DNA from: Syncephalis fuscata S228
Lineage: Eukaryota; Fungi; Zoopagomycota
Reading direction: 5' to 3'
Assembly: GCA_025786725.1 (NCBI GenBank)
Contig: JAHLTZ010000007.1
Span: forward strand, 372,001-436,000
DNA: 64,000 bases
The first letter of the stretch is position 1. Every line of letters begins with the position of its first letter. The translations under genes and the position numbers were made by a program. Positions 12,588 to 25,628 of the stretch are shown here, piece by piece. Below the pieces are notes generated by a model. The model saw nothing but the letters and a program-made list of their open reading frames with translations, ran no database searches and had not been told where the DNA came from.

Positions 12588-14397
12588 TTAAGAATCAATA
12601 TGATCGACGGATTCGCCGTTGATAAACACCTGCTGTATACGCATCTGGTTATCGAAGAAACATAAATCGGCATCCGCTCCGTGCATTAATGTGCCCTTTT
12701 TTGCTTCTATGCCTAGTAATTTGGCCGGGTGAAGGGTGGCCGCCTCGATGGCTTCGACGATCGAACAATTTGTGAATTTTCGAAAACGACGTACACATTC
12801 GGCCAATGAAATAGCGCTGCCGGCGAGTGTTTGTGTACCAGCTACATAGACAGCATCTTCTGTCATCTCTACTTGCATATCACCCAGCGTGTAGGCACCC
12901 TGTGGCAGCCCAAGGGCCGCCATAGAATCGGTAACAAGAACAACACCTTTAGGATGGGCACTATAGGCAATACGTACGGCACAAGGATGTGCATGAAATC
13001 CATCGGCAATAAGCCCGTAGTAAGGACGTGGTAGATCTACCGAGCCGAGCAACCCCATAATTGCTGGGTCACGATGATGAAACTAAATACAATAAAAGTA
13101 ATAATTGCATTAATTATAATAATCATAGGTCAGCTGATGCAGGTCATTGATGATCGATATGCAGTAAACTGCATTATTGTCATCATCATCCTCATCGTCA
13201 TCAGTATGAGTACCACATTACTTACTTCCCCCATTGCGTTGAATAAGTGAGTCACAAATCGCGCCTATACAATTTGATCATTGTTATCATCACAGTAAAT
13301 ATCAGAGGGGGTGTTGTCCAATAAGAAAATGCGTTGACTTACACCACTGCGGATAGCTTGTTCGGCAATGGCAATTCTTGCAGTAGTGTGCCTATTAGTA
13401 GTCATTAATAAGGAATGTGACGGTTGTTAACGATAGTCATTAGAAATTGCGGGAAGATAAGAAGAGCAATCAAGCAACAAAGAAACAAGAGCATGTTAGA
13501 CATTTACCCAAACTAACAACAATGCCACGTTGAGAAAGTTCTTTGATACAGTCAAGCATGCCAGGTAGCTCAGGTGCCACTGTAACAATACTGCCAACAC
13601 CGCCGGCGCTAATCGGTCCATAGATCTTTTCTAAATCATCACAACTCGTGACCGACGACTGCAACACTTGTGGGTCATGAGCGCCTTTTTTCTCGTGGGC
13701 AATAAATGGTCCTTCCAAATGAGCACCTGTTAGTGTAAATGTGATGTCATGATTGTATCAGTTATTACGATATGCTTGCATGAATGTATGTATAAGGTAC
13801 TTACCTAGAATGGTTGCTCCATTAGTTAGATTACCATCTTTTGGACCAAGATATTGAAGTGCCTAGCAATTGCGATGGCAACAACACGACATTGCGTGTA
13901 GGTTACTATCATGATCGTCGTTTACTATGTGTAGCATAGGCTTACTTGTGCGTACACCTCAGGTGCCGAACTGACGAGGGTAGGACAGAAGGCAGTGCAT
14001 CCTTGTCGAAGTAGACCTTGCGCAGCACGCGTAACACCACCTGCTTTCATGGCGTCGAAGTCGGCCGAAAAATCAATACCGAATGCACCTAGGATCGCCC
14101 ATTGTGATCATGATCATAATTAGTATTGCTCTAGCTATTGCTGAGGCGTCGAATAGAGCTATTGTTATGGTCATTACCGTTGATTTGCACGTCAATTAAG
14201 CCGGGCGTTACTAGCAGGCCATGAGCATTGATACGGACATCGGGCTCTAAACGTTCGGTCCAGAAGCAATGTTGCGGATCCAGTAGACGGCCATCTCGCA
14301 TCAATACATAGTCATCTTCAAAAATGCGGCCCTCTTTAAGAACACGACAATTGTAGATTTGAATCGTTTGGCCTCGGTTATTGGGTGCTTTAGCCAT
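12588..14397 (-). CDS. DAC1: N-acetylglucosamine-6-phosphate deacetylase
   Basis: PGLIDVQING, FCPTLVSS, HLEGPFI..KKGAH, VTVAPE, THLFNAM, FHHRDP, IADGFH, LVTDSM, TLAGS. Confidence 0.95.
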
Positions 14398-14771
14398 GAT
14401 AGATGGTACTAGCAATACTGATGTTATAGATGGTTGCTTGGTTGTTGATAGCTAATAGCCAAATCCCTGTAATGGCGCGTAGATTTTGTTCGTATTAAAT
14501 AAGTATAAACACTACAGCTTGATGCCAATGTTATTTCACCTACAATGTGAAGCAGAAAACGACAAAAGGCAATGCAAAAGTGAAAACCAATTCTAGCCCA
14601 TACAAATGTATCACCAAAGGCTTGTCATTATAAGTGAATGAATGACCGACTGTTTGTGTGGATGGGATAAATGACGTCTAGGCCAAAAGCAGTCCTATGA
14701 ACTCATTAGTTATCATATCTTATCTAATTAAAACATAGCTGATTTGTTTAGGAATTATTATATGGGAGCCA

Positions 14772-15890
14772 CTGTACTTTGACCCCCTAGCTTCAAACTG
14801 GGACAAAAAATTAATAACTCATATAATAAATCGTCAATCAGTTTTTACTACTGAAAAGTGGGTCATTGAAGTAGTACCATATCAACTCCGATTGAATTAA
14901 CTAGTTTTAATTAATCTGTGCTATTTCTAATGTTCGGTGTCAGTGTTAATAAATGTTAAATAGTATTTCATGATACTTACAATAAAATTCTACATTTAAT
15001 TATGATATTGATGCAACAGTGTCAGTTTGATTTCATATAATAATAGGTGGTAAGAAATTAGAGGGCTTTGGTTTACCACTGGCCATTGTACTGAATATAC
15101 TGTGCATGTTTCTGCTGGCATTAACATCACGCTGCCATGCCGTACGGCAATCATTGTTTTGACAAGCAAGTACGCTATGCATTGTGCTGTTATGTTCTTC
15201 CAGATGTAAACCTGCCATCTCCTTTTTCTTGCATTTGGAACAGACTTTTGATGTATTGTATTCATCAATATCTACAATCATCAAAAGTCCTTGTCGCTCA
15301 GCAGTTTTGAGTACCTTTCTGCAACGATTGGCCAGTCCAGTAATCTTGCCTTTCCTAAAAGTGGCAAATCGGGCAGGTCCAAAATTAATAAGTGGAATTT
15401 TATTATCAAGTGGCTGAATAGGTAGAGGCTATATACTAGTGTATATGCTAATAACTATTAATTCATATCATTGTTGCTGTAAAGTGCAAAGCATTATAAT
15501 TTGATATTTAATAGCACTCACCATCCAGTTCCATGTTTAGTAGAACAACAAATGTGTAGTTCAATCAAGTAAAAGATGTCAAATTTGATTTTTTAACACT
15601 GAATCATTTAAGTCTACTAATGAATTATTAAATAAACAAAGCTGTTGTACATTAACTTACATATTTTATTTATTTATTTCACCATTTTTTTATTACTATC
15701 TTATGGTTTTATCTCCTTTTTAGATATTCTATTTTATGGAAATGATAATGTCATTATATTACATTAATATTTATTATAAATAATAATTTAAACGCAATTT
15801 AATTTAATCAACTCGTCAACTATTTAAATTACTACAATTGATTGCGTAAAAATATTTACTACTCTCCAGGGGGGGGGGGGATCAAAGTAG
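14772..15890. mobile_element. Non-autonomous TIR element carrying a Fanzor fragment
   Basis: Left end ctgtactttgaccccc (14772), right end gggggatcaaagtag (15890). The subterminal segment 15740-15860 resembles 675-845. Confidence 0.75.
15033..15430 (-). pseudogene. Fanzor C-terminal fragment (RuvC-II, zinc finger, RuvC-III)
   Basis: IPLINFGPARF...AERQGLLMIVDIDEYNTSKVCSKC...LACQNNDCRTAWQRDVNASRNM. Open frame, but no N-terminal part in the element. Confidence 0.88.
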
Positions 15891-16189
15891 ATGCCTGCTA
15901 TCTTTTCGTTTATTTCTGTCAGAGTTTTAATTTTTGTTTGACTGAAACTTCCACTACACAACCAATCAACCGGTACTAATTGACCAATTTAATAATATTC
16001 TCGTAGCTGAATTACATATCCATTTTATTGAACATAATTCTAGGTAATGGAAAATAATAATAATAAATAGTTCATAAATTATATTATTCTTTGGTGGCCA
16101 AATGACTATATTGATTATTCACATATTTAAACTACACATTCAATCTACTGAACGTAATGATGGGCGCTAAGTGACATCAATCATTAAAC

Positions 16190-16420
16190 ACTCATCATCA
16201 TAAATTTACTATTCAGTATGGATATATACAACACTGTTATCATACTAATCGCTGTGCCCATACGATAGTAGCAATAGCATCAAATCTTACTGCTATACCG
16301 ACGTTGAAGATTTGTTAAATGTGTATATTAGCAATGCGATCTGCTACTATTGCTAGTACTGTATGTGCACAATTGCCAACATGATGACTATGTTGATTAT
16401 ATTAGTTGTTGTTTTCCAAC
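16190..16420. repeat. Diverged dispersed repeat/pseudogene fragment, homologous to ~22600-22810
   Basis: gctactattgctagtactgtatgtgcacaattgccaacatgatgac vs gctactattgctactactgtgtgtgcacaattaccagcataatgac. Confidence 0.7.
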
Positions 16421-19292
16421 AGTAAAACACTATATAATAGTACTAGATATGTTTACTAAATACATGCATACTGGATGATAAATCTACACTGTTGGTTACT
16501 TCAAATTCCTATGCCACTCATTGTTTAGCTTCATGTTCAATAAACAAATGTTTAGTTTGATAAAATATAATATTATTTAATGTAGTAATTTGACCATTAA
16601 ATCATACTAAATTGCTAATGAATTGTAATAAAAGGCATAAATAAAATAAATCATCGCTGTTATTGTCTGAATGGATAGTGTATAAATGTATTAAATGGAA
16701 TTGTAATCTAGCTATTTAAGTATCAATAGCTTTCCAATCAAATAAATAATGACTGTTTAATCTTAAAACAAATACCAAGCATAACATTAAATAAACAACA
16801 GCAAAAGTTATTATCATAAGATGCTGTTACTTTAATAAACACGCCATATATTTCTTTATTGAAATCATTTCAGTTCAATGTAAATACATACGTCTCTTTG
16901 TTGCCACTATCACATTATTTATTTAACCAACAGACTTAACAAACATGCAATGACAATACCAATTAACACTTGACTGAAAAAATCAAATGAATATATTCAC
17001 CTCCATTTGAACAACCATGCCAAGCGATGACACCAACAACAACGTGTAATACTGCTGTTGATACTTGTGCCAATAAAGGCAATAATTGGTATTGTAAACT
17101 ACATGCAAAAATGATAAAAGGTGTTGATAAGTGCAGTCCAGATATATTTGTTGATTTGGCACAAATATTTAAATGATTATAGCAAGTATTTGTTAGTAAT
17201 AAAATACTTACATCTGTTGATTGTTGTTCGTATATAAGTTATAAAACACATTTAAAATAATTCTTTTGTTGTTTGGATATTGCTATTATCTGTTATGCAA
17301 TACTATAAATAAATGTAAAAGTTGTTAAAATGTTAAAGTTGTTAATCATGATGATCAGCTAATATAGAAACTATGCGTCCACCTGGAATACTGGCAATAC
17401 TACGGCTTGGGCGTAAGTAACAGTTGTCAGAAGCACATAGCCCTATACTAGCTTCCTATCAGGATGACAATACGGTTTATTAAACGATATGATATGCAGC
17501 AATAAACATCACTGGACTACTGGTTCACCCAATTGTAGCTAGTGTGTAAAGCTAAGCGTATAAACACCGCTGCATACTACGATTAAAAACGAATATTGCC
17601 AAATGCTGCAGCATTATTAAATGGTTACAACATAATAGCTAATCTTTACCACGCTGTAACCGACTGCAGAAATACCATTAACAATCCGCGCAGAAGTTCT
17701 AGCACAAGGTGCTCTTTCATAACACTGCGATAGCGACGCGGCATTTTATCCGATATTTGAGACTAGTATTATGTTGCACTTCATTTAATAACGCCCACAA
17801 GTAAACAGTAAACGACATGTAATCGTCTATAAAGATGATTACATATCACATCTGGCCTAGTGTGTGATGATAGTGTTCAGCAAGTCGGAAACCGCTACAC
17901 ACCTCCAGCGCGCGTTTAAAACAAGTGGGCACTAGCGTATGGCCACCCATTACAGGGCGCCGCATCGGCATGAGGTGAGTTACAACAGCGATATTTAACT
18001 TGCTAAATATCGCTGCCGAAACCCCAAAAGTTCCACATGCATCCGCACTACACTAGTATACATTCGCCTATTACAGGCAACCATACAATATTAATCTTAG
18101 TATAATGCAATAGTCTGCAATATCGCATTATACATACAATACTGCCCACAAGCAGTACACAGTATTCCATGGTCAACCAACAAGGGGACCACACACCACT
18201 GGATGTGACTACTATTCCTGATGCATACCATTAACAAACAGCTTACAGTATATTAACAACTGGAAACAGGAGAAGGCGAGGTAATGAGCAAAAGTAATTA
18301 TTGCACACCTTTATGAGTTTGGTCTAAGACATGCCTACCAATTAGAATGCATAATATTGGTAAATAGTACGTGGTAGCTGCTCATTGGCGTATTGCAACT
18401 GACTGAAACCTTCTAATGTCAGATACCATCTTATCAGTATATTGGATTATAATCCCTTCTTATTTCCATATTTGCTCACTTTTTGCCTTCCATTTGCGGT
18501 CATTTCCGCGCATAATCAGCATATCTACACTGGCTAGTTGAATCAATTGGCCAATGCAACTGAAACATAGCCAAATACAACCATTCTTAATCAGTTGTAC
18601 CACTATAATAGCGGCTCTTTCCGATGCTATCAATATTTTCAGGGTCTAGCGGGTATTTTCCTTTCCCCAAGTATTCTTGCCATTTGCACACAATTAATCA
18701 ATCGATCCACACAATTTATTACTGTATTAGTTAAATAAAAATGACTACTTTTCTTTAGAAATATGGTCTATAAAATAATTCACCGATTGAGTTTCAATGC
18801 TACTAAATAGAAATAAAATACACGTTGTTCATATTACATTACAAAGTCCGTTAAAGTTATGAAGTAAAAGCAGGAATAAACACGTAACCATATCGACTGC
18901 AAAGGCCAACATGAAAACCAGTATGATGTGCACATGCATGCTTAGCCAAGTGACTATGCAAATACCGATGTGTGCAATAGTTTGCTATACAGCTTAGGAC
19001 TGAGCTATAGCATCAGTAAGCAGAACATACTACAGCGGATGTAGAATTAGTGTATATGTACAATAAAGTATTATTATTTTATTACTTTCAATACTGACTG
19101 ATATTATACTATTATAAGCGTATTTAAGTCGATTCAATTTATTGTTACAATTGTCTAAAAAACAGATGGCACTATTTAACGTGGGCCAAACATATATTTT
19201 GTTTTAAGCATTGTCGCTATTGCACTTTCATCTTTTGTTTCTTTGCTTTAACAATTACTCATTTCCATTGTTTTTACTTGATATCTTACAAC

Positions 19293-21458
19293 ATGAATCC
19301 TTCAAACGAGCAACAAGCGGCGACTCCAGCTTCTGAGTCCACCTCCTCAAACTCACGCTCAGCCTCGCCTGTCGCGGCTCTTTCTACCGCCACATTGCCA
19401 TCAGGCCTTTTAGGCAATGGCAAAGCATTCTACGCAAAGATTCCGGTTTGCTGGGATGCTTTGACGCAAGAAGAGCGCAATAGCGCTGTAGGCTGGCTTG
19501 AAGTATATGGAGAAGAGCCTCAAGGTATGTTGGAATGATACTAAACGTATATGTATCTAAATAATAGCTGCTTAGAATTCATTTTGATGGCTAACCAAGA
19601 GTTCATTGTTGGTGCCGACCAACAGTGGTAAGTAACAATAAACTTATGTATAGTAGCAAACTAACAATATGCCAAATCTTCAATAGTGACTACCAGTTAA
19701 GTGTGGCTGATATGCCACAGGTCTGCTTTGCAGTATCGGCAGTAAGTATATCATACACTTTAATAACTAATCATTAACTATAATCATCATAGGACCATAC
19801 AACAGTCTCATGCACGGTAAGTAATAACTATTTAACATTTTTATTACTAACTAGTAAATTAGAACATGGGATTGCCGACTTTAATGAGTAAGTTTTAATA
19901 AGTAATAGAAATCAAATTATTAACGTTTAATTTAGTGAATGATCATGAGGTAGTTCAAAATGAAGTAGATCAAGATACAGATAAATGTTTCATTAAGATT
20001 CCAGGCTGCAAAAGTAAGTACCGATTGTTTAATATTATTGCTATTAACAACATTTATTGCAGCTACATTTACGGCTTATAATCTTAAACTGGCTATCAGC
20101 TCACCAGAAGAATATAATTTAAATTATATTTTAGTAAGTTTACAAATGCAATTAATAGTAAAATAACACATATATTGCTACCATAGAACGTTCATTCTTA
20201 TTATGAAATTACGAGTGATGCTCTTGGGCAGTAAGTATTTAGACCAGTAAGACAACTAGGTAGCTAACTATTTATAACAGCGGCTCCTTTGGCACGGTGC
20301 ATCTAGCATTGAATCGCAACACAGGCCAACGTGTTGCGGTTAAGGTCTCATTACACCGTAATAATGAAGACCGCATTGCAAATGAGCTTGCCGCCTTACG
20401 TAGCGTAAGAAACGACACTCATTTCGCAACGTTGCTAGATCAAATAGGCACTCCCAACAAAATGTACTTGATTCTTAAGTACATGGCCGGCGGCGATCTG
20501 GCTGGCTACGTCAGCCGCCATGGACCTCTTCCAGAGATGGAAGTAAAACATATCTTTAAGCAGCTATTCAAAGGTGCTCAGGTAAGTACTACTATAATTA
20601 ATAATTAAATACTAATCTGCATTAGATTTTACACAATCTGAATATTGCTCATGGCGGTAAGTAAACATGCATTTATATTACAATTATTAATTATGGCTAT
20701 TATTATCACATAATTAGACATCAAGGTAATTTATTTATTTAACATTATGCAGCATTGCTAACAATCAAATAGCCACGCAATATATTGTTAGCTGCAGACT
20801 GTGAGCGCCCTGAAGTCGTGTATACGGACTTTGGGGAAGCCCAGTTTATAGATTCTCATATGCCGTATGTTTATTGCGGCACCGTGCCATACATAGCACC
20901 CGAGGTGGTGTTGGCATCGAATGCGCGGCTGTATATATTAGCAGCTGCCAAAGACGAGGATAATGAGTTTCGCAACCAGCTAAGCTCGTCAACTGTCAGT
21001 GGGTATGGCACGCCCATTGACATGTGGAGCCTAGGCGTAATGCTCTACGAGTTGTTAACAGTAAGTGCAAACAAAACAAAATGTCATACTAACTATTTTA
21101 TGCTGCAATTAGGCCATTATCCTTATAATAACCAGCATGGCGTTTTTGGGTATTTAAAAAATATATTGACAACGACGCTTAATGTGGAGCAGACAAATCA
21201 GCTCAGCAATGAAGGTAAGTTGAATATTTATTTATTAATAATAACTAACATTGTGCAGCTGTTGATTTGATAACGCGGCTACTGACCATTGATAGTAGCG
21301 CGCGTTATACAGCAGAAGACGCGCTGGTTTGCCACTGGTTTGATGAGGAGGAGCAAGTGGATGCAGATGCACCACTTAATGTCGTTTCTTTAAATGAAGA
21401 AGAACCAGAAGCATCAACGCATCACCACCACCACCAACGACACCAACAACACCAATAA
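19293..21458 (+). CDS. Ser/Thr protein kinase (CAMK/Chk2-like) with a degenerate FHA-like N-terminus, many small exons
   Basis: GHGSFGTV, VAVK, HGDIKPRN, DFG, YCGTVPYIAPE, DMWSLGV. N-terminal exons EFIVGADQQCDYQL resemble an FHA start. The 3' end is uncertain because the stop lies inside a His/Gln repeat. Confidence 0.85.
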
Positions 21459-21580
21459 CAACACCAATAACAACACCAATAACAACACCAATAACAACAC
21501 CATCACCACCAACGACACCAACACAACACCACCACCATCACCAACACCAATGCTATCACCACCGCCACCAACAACAACAC
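21420..21580 (+). repeat. CAC/CAA low-complexity tract including a 12-bp repeat (caccaataacaa) x4
   Basis: Seen directly at the kinase 3' end. Confidence 0.85.
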
Positions 21581-23449
21581 AAGCAGCATTTGGGCCAACA
21601 ACAAAGAAGCAGCGGCTAGCGCCTAAGCTTTTACAGCGACGCCGCCTAAAGCGCCAATGCTACTCAAAATACAAATCACAAGGTGCTGCCAAACGGTCAA
21701 TTCCCTTCCGAAAATGCCGCCTCAATAAAGGTGCATATTAGTTAAAGGTAAGAACTCATTACAATCAATCAAATCATAATGCTAACTATCTAATATACTT
21801 AGTTGCTTTACATCATCTATTCATTGCTTATATGTACCAATAAATATTGTGAATATTCTTTTATTTAGTATATAAATCATCGTTTCATTTTCTACAATGT
21901 AATAAAACTAACATGTTTATTTTAATGACTTTTATTCTTTTAATACATTCGCCATTATACTGAATATATGTTCTATAATAATGAGTAGTTTTGGTGTCAA
22001 ATGACTTTTATTCTTGATGCATTTATTCATTTACTATTAATCTGTTCTATGATGTATTGACATGTTGGGTAATTGACTTTTATTATTTACACTCCTTTAT
22101 TAATAAGTCAAACTCGGCTGTTTATAAATATTGACTGACTGACTCACATCTCACAATCTACGTCATCACGTTTTCTTTCTCTTTCTTTACACTTGATAAC
22201 ATGTATACATTGTATATACTTGTACACTCCATATATGCTATTTAGATAGTATCAGTAGTTGGCTGGCTACTAGTCAAGTAAATAGTGTAGAGGGTGTTTG
22301 TACTTGCATTGCTCTTTTGTAATCTACCTTTTTTATAAATCACTTTCTTCACTTCAATCATTGGTGTTAACAACTTTTATTGACACGGTAGGTGCATTCT
22401 GACTTGTTTTATGTTATCTCGAGCATATACTGTAAAATCTTGTTGTATGCTTTGTTTTATTATGGATCGCCATTGCAGATCATCTGGCAACAACTTAGCA
22501 ATCTCAACAGTGACAGTGCAATATGCTATGCCAGGGCTGTAGAAAGCTGCTGTTAGTACGATCTGTGGTAGCAATCTATAACAAACTAAAGGATACAATA
22601 AATTTTGTAGCATATAACTACCACATTGATTCTACATCAATCCTGTGCATATATAGCAATGGCAATATTGAAAGTACTGCTAGTATGGTTGTTGAACAAG
22701 TCTTCAACGCCGATACAGCAATGTAATCCGCTACTATTGCTACTACTGTGTGTGCACAATTACCAGCATAATGACCGCACTGGATATGTACTGTTATTTT
22801 TCCACCAATTGCTTTCTTTACTCATTTTTATTGTTTAAATCATTTATTCATCAGAGCTTCTTTCGTATGCGATTAGTGATGACTATATAAACCGTATTGG
22901 TCTTTTTAATATTGTGCTGTTTGCCCTGCTTTAACACCGCAGTTATTATCAAAGTTTGTGACTAGTCGTTGGCTGAGCATTCCCTAGTTATATATCAAAC
23001 CAATCTATATTTTAAATACACGTTATTTCTCAAAGCTCATGTCTGTAAATGTTATTATTGTACAATTTAATGCTTTTTTCTACGCTTTTTACTGAGTGAA
23101 ATAGCACTATTCTAGCCAGTGTTGCGGCTGCTATTTATTATAGTATGTATACACATTAAATAAATGCTTAAACATGCTTAAAACATTCATAGCTTTTGGC
23201 TTAATGTATTAACAGTTTTGTTAATTGAGCACAAATAGGTAAACATTGGTTATAATGTTTTTTATTTATTCTGTAAATGTAGCCGTTAGTTAAGATTTTA
23301 AAGACATTTATTTCATTATTTGTACTTCAAATCCTGCTGAATGGTGGTTAATAAATCATTTATTAACGTAGTAAAAATAACAGAAATAAATAGGACAATT
23401 AGCAATAAAAAATCAGTATTATTATTATTAAAATAAATAATAGGAGCTA

Positions 23450-24174
23450 CTGTACTTTGACTCCCACATTTTTTGTTTACTCCTTTCACTCCAGTTTCCT
23501 ATCGCTATCTTATTGTTTTATTCAGTAATATATTATACAATAATGTCAAATATAACAATATAAATAACATGTGTATTTGAACATTAATAAAAAACATTAT
23601 TCAATTCCTAGTCTTTATTTCTCTTATTTTACATCAACACCTGTTCAAGTAACCTCAACAGCATGCCGTATCTTCTGGCTACAACTGTCACCATAAGATC
23701 TTCCTGGTGAAGACACTCAACCTATCATTATTGCATATGGTGGAGGCCGATTTGCTTCATTAATCGGCAGCAAAGCATCTGCGCCTACCAAGTTAATATC
23801 AAGAATGCTCAAGAAATGGTGAACATCAGAAACGCTAGTCGTCCTACTTTCTTGTCACCATAAACGAGTATCTTACATTACAAATATGCCCAAAATGCAA
23901 CAATAGAATATTGGGAAATAGAAGAGACCATTCAAAGGCAAGAAACTACACTGTATGTTGCAACAACAACTGCGGAACGATATGGAATCGCAATCATATG
24001 ACTTTTATTAATATTCGAGTAATCTTTCTACGCATGGCCAACAACAATGATCGGCCTCGTGAATTTCAAAGTAGTTAAATGAACATTATAACTACGTTTG
24101 TTGTGCATAACAGCATAACTTCAATTAAAACGAATTTTGCTTTGAGGACTCTAAATGTGGGAGTCAAAGTACAG
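23450..24174 (+). mobile_element. Non-autonomous TIR element with a decayed Fanzor C-terminus
   Basis: Perfect 22-bp TIR ctgtactttgactcccacattt (23450-23471) / aaatgtgggagtcaaagtacag (24153-24174). Interior reads PIIIAYGGGRF...INEY...ICPKC...CNNNCGTIWNRNHM with frameshifts. Confidence 0.85.
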
Positions 24175-24589
24175 TTCAACCAGATAATGCAATTGTAATA
24201 TAGTTATTTAAACATTAATAATTCTAGCTAAAATAAATATTCTGTATTATTTTGATTATTTAATTGTGACTTTCATAATTACAAAGTTCAATAATTAGCC
24301 AATAGTTATACTATCATTAATGCATATCATTGTCAATATTAGTTTAATGGAGAAACAGCAATAAACATCAAGACTTTCACATGTATTTTATTGCTTATGA
24401 AAGATCAACGTTGTTGATTAAAGGGAAAACACGCTGAGCTAGTTTAAGCTCCCAACGATGACCGCCTCATCTGGAAAGGACGATGAGTGGCACCTTGGTA
24501 TCGCCGTGAGGGAGGTTACGGACGCAGTAACGCATAATAAACCAAAAGTATGTCGCCGCCATTAAACAACGCATCGGACTGTACACCGT

Positions 24590-25479
24590 TTAGTACAAGC
24601 GCTTGGACTTGCCCATGGTGGACTTGATGTAGAGGGAGCGGACGTTTTGCCAGTGCTTCTTCAACAAGGAAATGAGGAAATTGACAGCAAGCATAATGTT
24701 ACCCAACAAATCTTCGCTATCCATGTTGACGTGACCGACGGCTACACCGAGGCAGAGCACCTTCTTCAATTGGAACTTGATGGTGGAGCGGATTTCGTCG
24801 ATCTTGGTAAGCAAGTTGTCGGCGTGGGAGACTGGAGTAGGGAACTTGCCGGCCTTGTGGAGACCTGGACCCAATAGACGTGGAATCTGCTTGATCAAGG
24901 CATCGGAAGCATGAAGGCATCGTACTTCTTGGCCAACTTCTTAATGAGCTTCTTGTTCTTGTTAAGCTTCTTCAAGTCATCAGCGGACATGAATGGCAAG
25001 TTGTGCTTTTGAGCTTCATCGCAGTGATGAGCATCACCCAACACGCACACGCTCATGTTTGGGCGTGGGATGGTTGGCAACCTGTAGTAGTAATACAATA
25101 TTGCTGTATTAGTGTACTATTCTTACTAGCAAGTAGATGGGGCAATACGCTAAACGCGTATCTACACGCGCATTCTACTTACTTGACGGTACCGCTGAAA
25201 CGCTTGTCACGTTGTGGATCATAGTTCTTCAAGCCGATTTGAAGTTCGACGGTTTCGACGAACTTGCGTGGCTTTTCCTGAGATTCAGCAAGCAATTGCA
25301 GGACGGTTTCCCTCACGGCTGCCACTTGGATCTTGCTGTAATGATCGCAATAGTAGTAATAAATGATGCATTAATAACCAATCCTACTGATATACATCCT
25401 CCTCTTCTATCCATATACCGCGCATCAATAGCTACATGTATATAGGGATGGATGGATGGATGGATGATGCCTACCTCAT
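24590..25479 (-). CDS. RPL1: 60S ribosomal protein uL1 (L10a/L1)
   Basis: MSKIQ...[29 protein letters not shown]...[13 protein letters not shown]...[11 protein letters not shown]. Two introns; one 1-nt frameshift near 24910 (probable assembly error). Confidence 0.97.
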
Positions 25480-25628
25480 GTTGAATAATCGTTTCTTTGA
25501 CACTGTCTGGCAAGAAATGAAGAGGTGGAAACAATTTTTAGTGTGATAATTTCGATGCCTTTTCACCACCACACATTTGCACGATTGTAGTTTCGCGAGT
25601 TATTTTTCTTTATATTGAATCTGTCACG

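Noticed and set aside
16900-17250. Hydrophobic minus-strand peptide fragments (possible membrane-protein pseudogene)
   Set aside because: Too decayed to assign
17986-18015. Perfect 12-bp hairpin cagcgatattta-acttgc-taaatatcgctg
   Set aside because: Isolated; no ncRNA or element context I can support
24895-24925. Programmed frameshift in RPL1
   Set aside because: A single missing base among many similar lesions is better explained by assembly error
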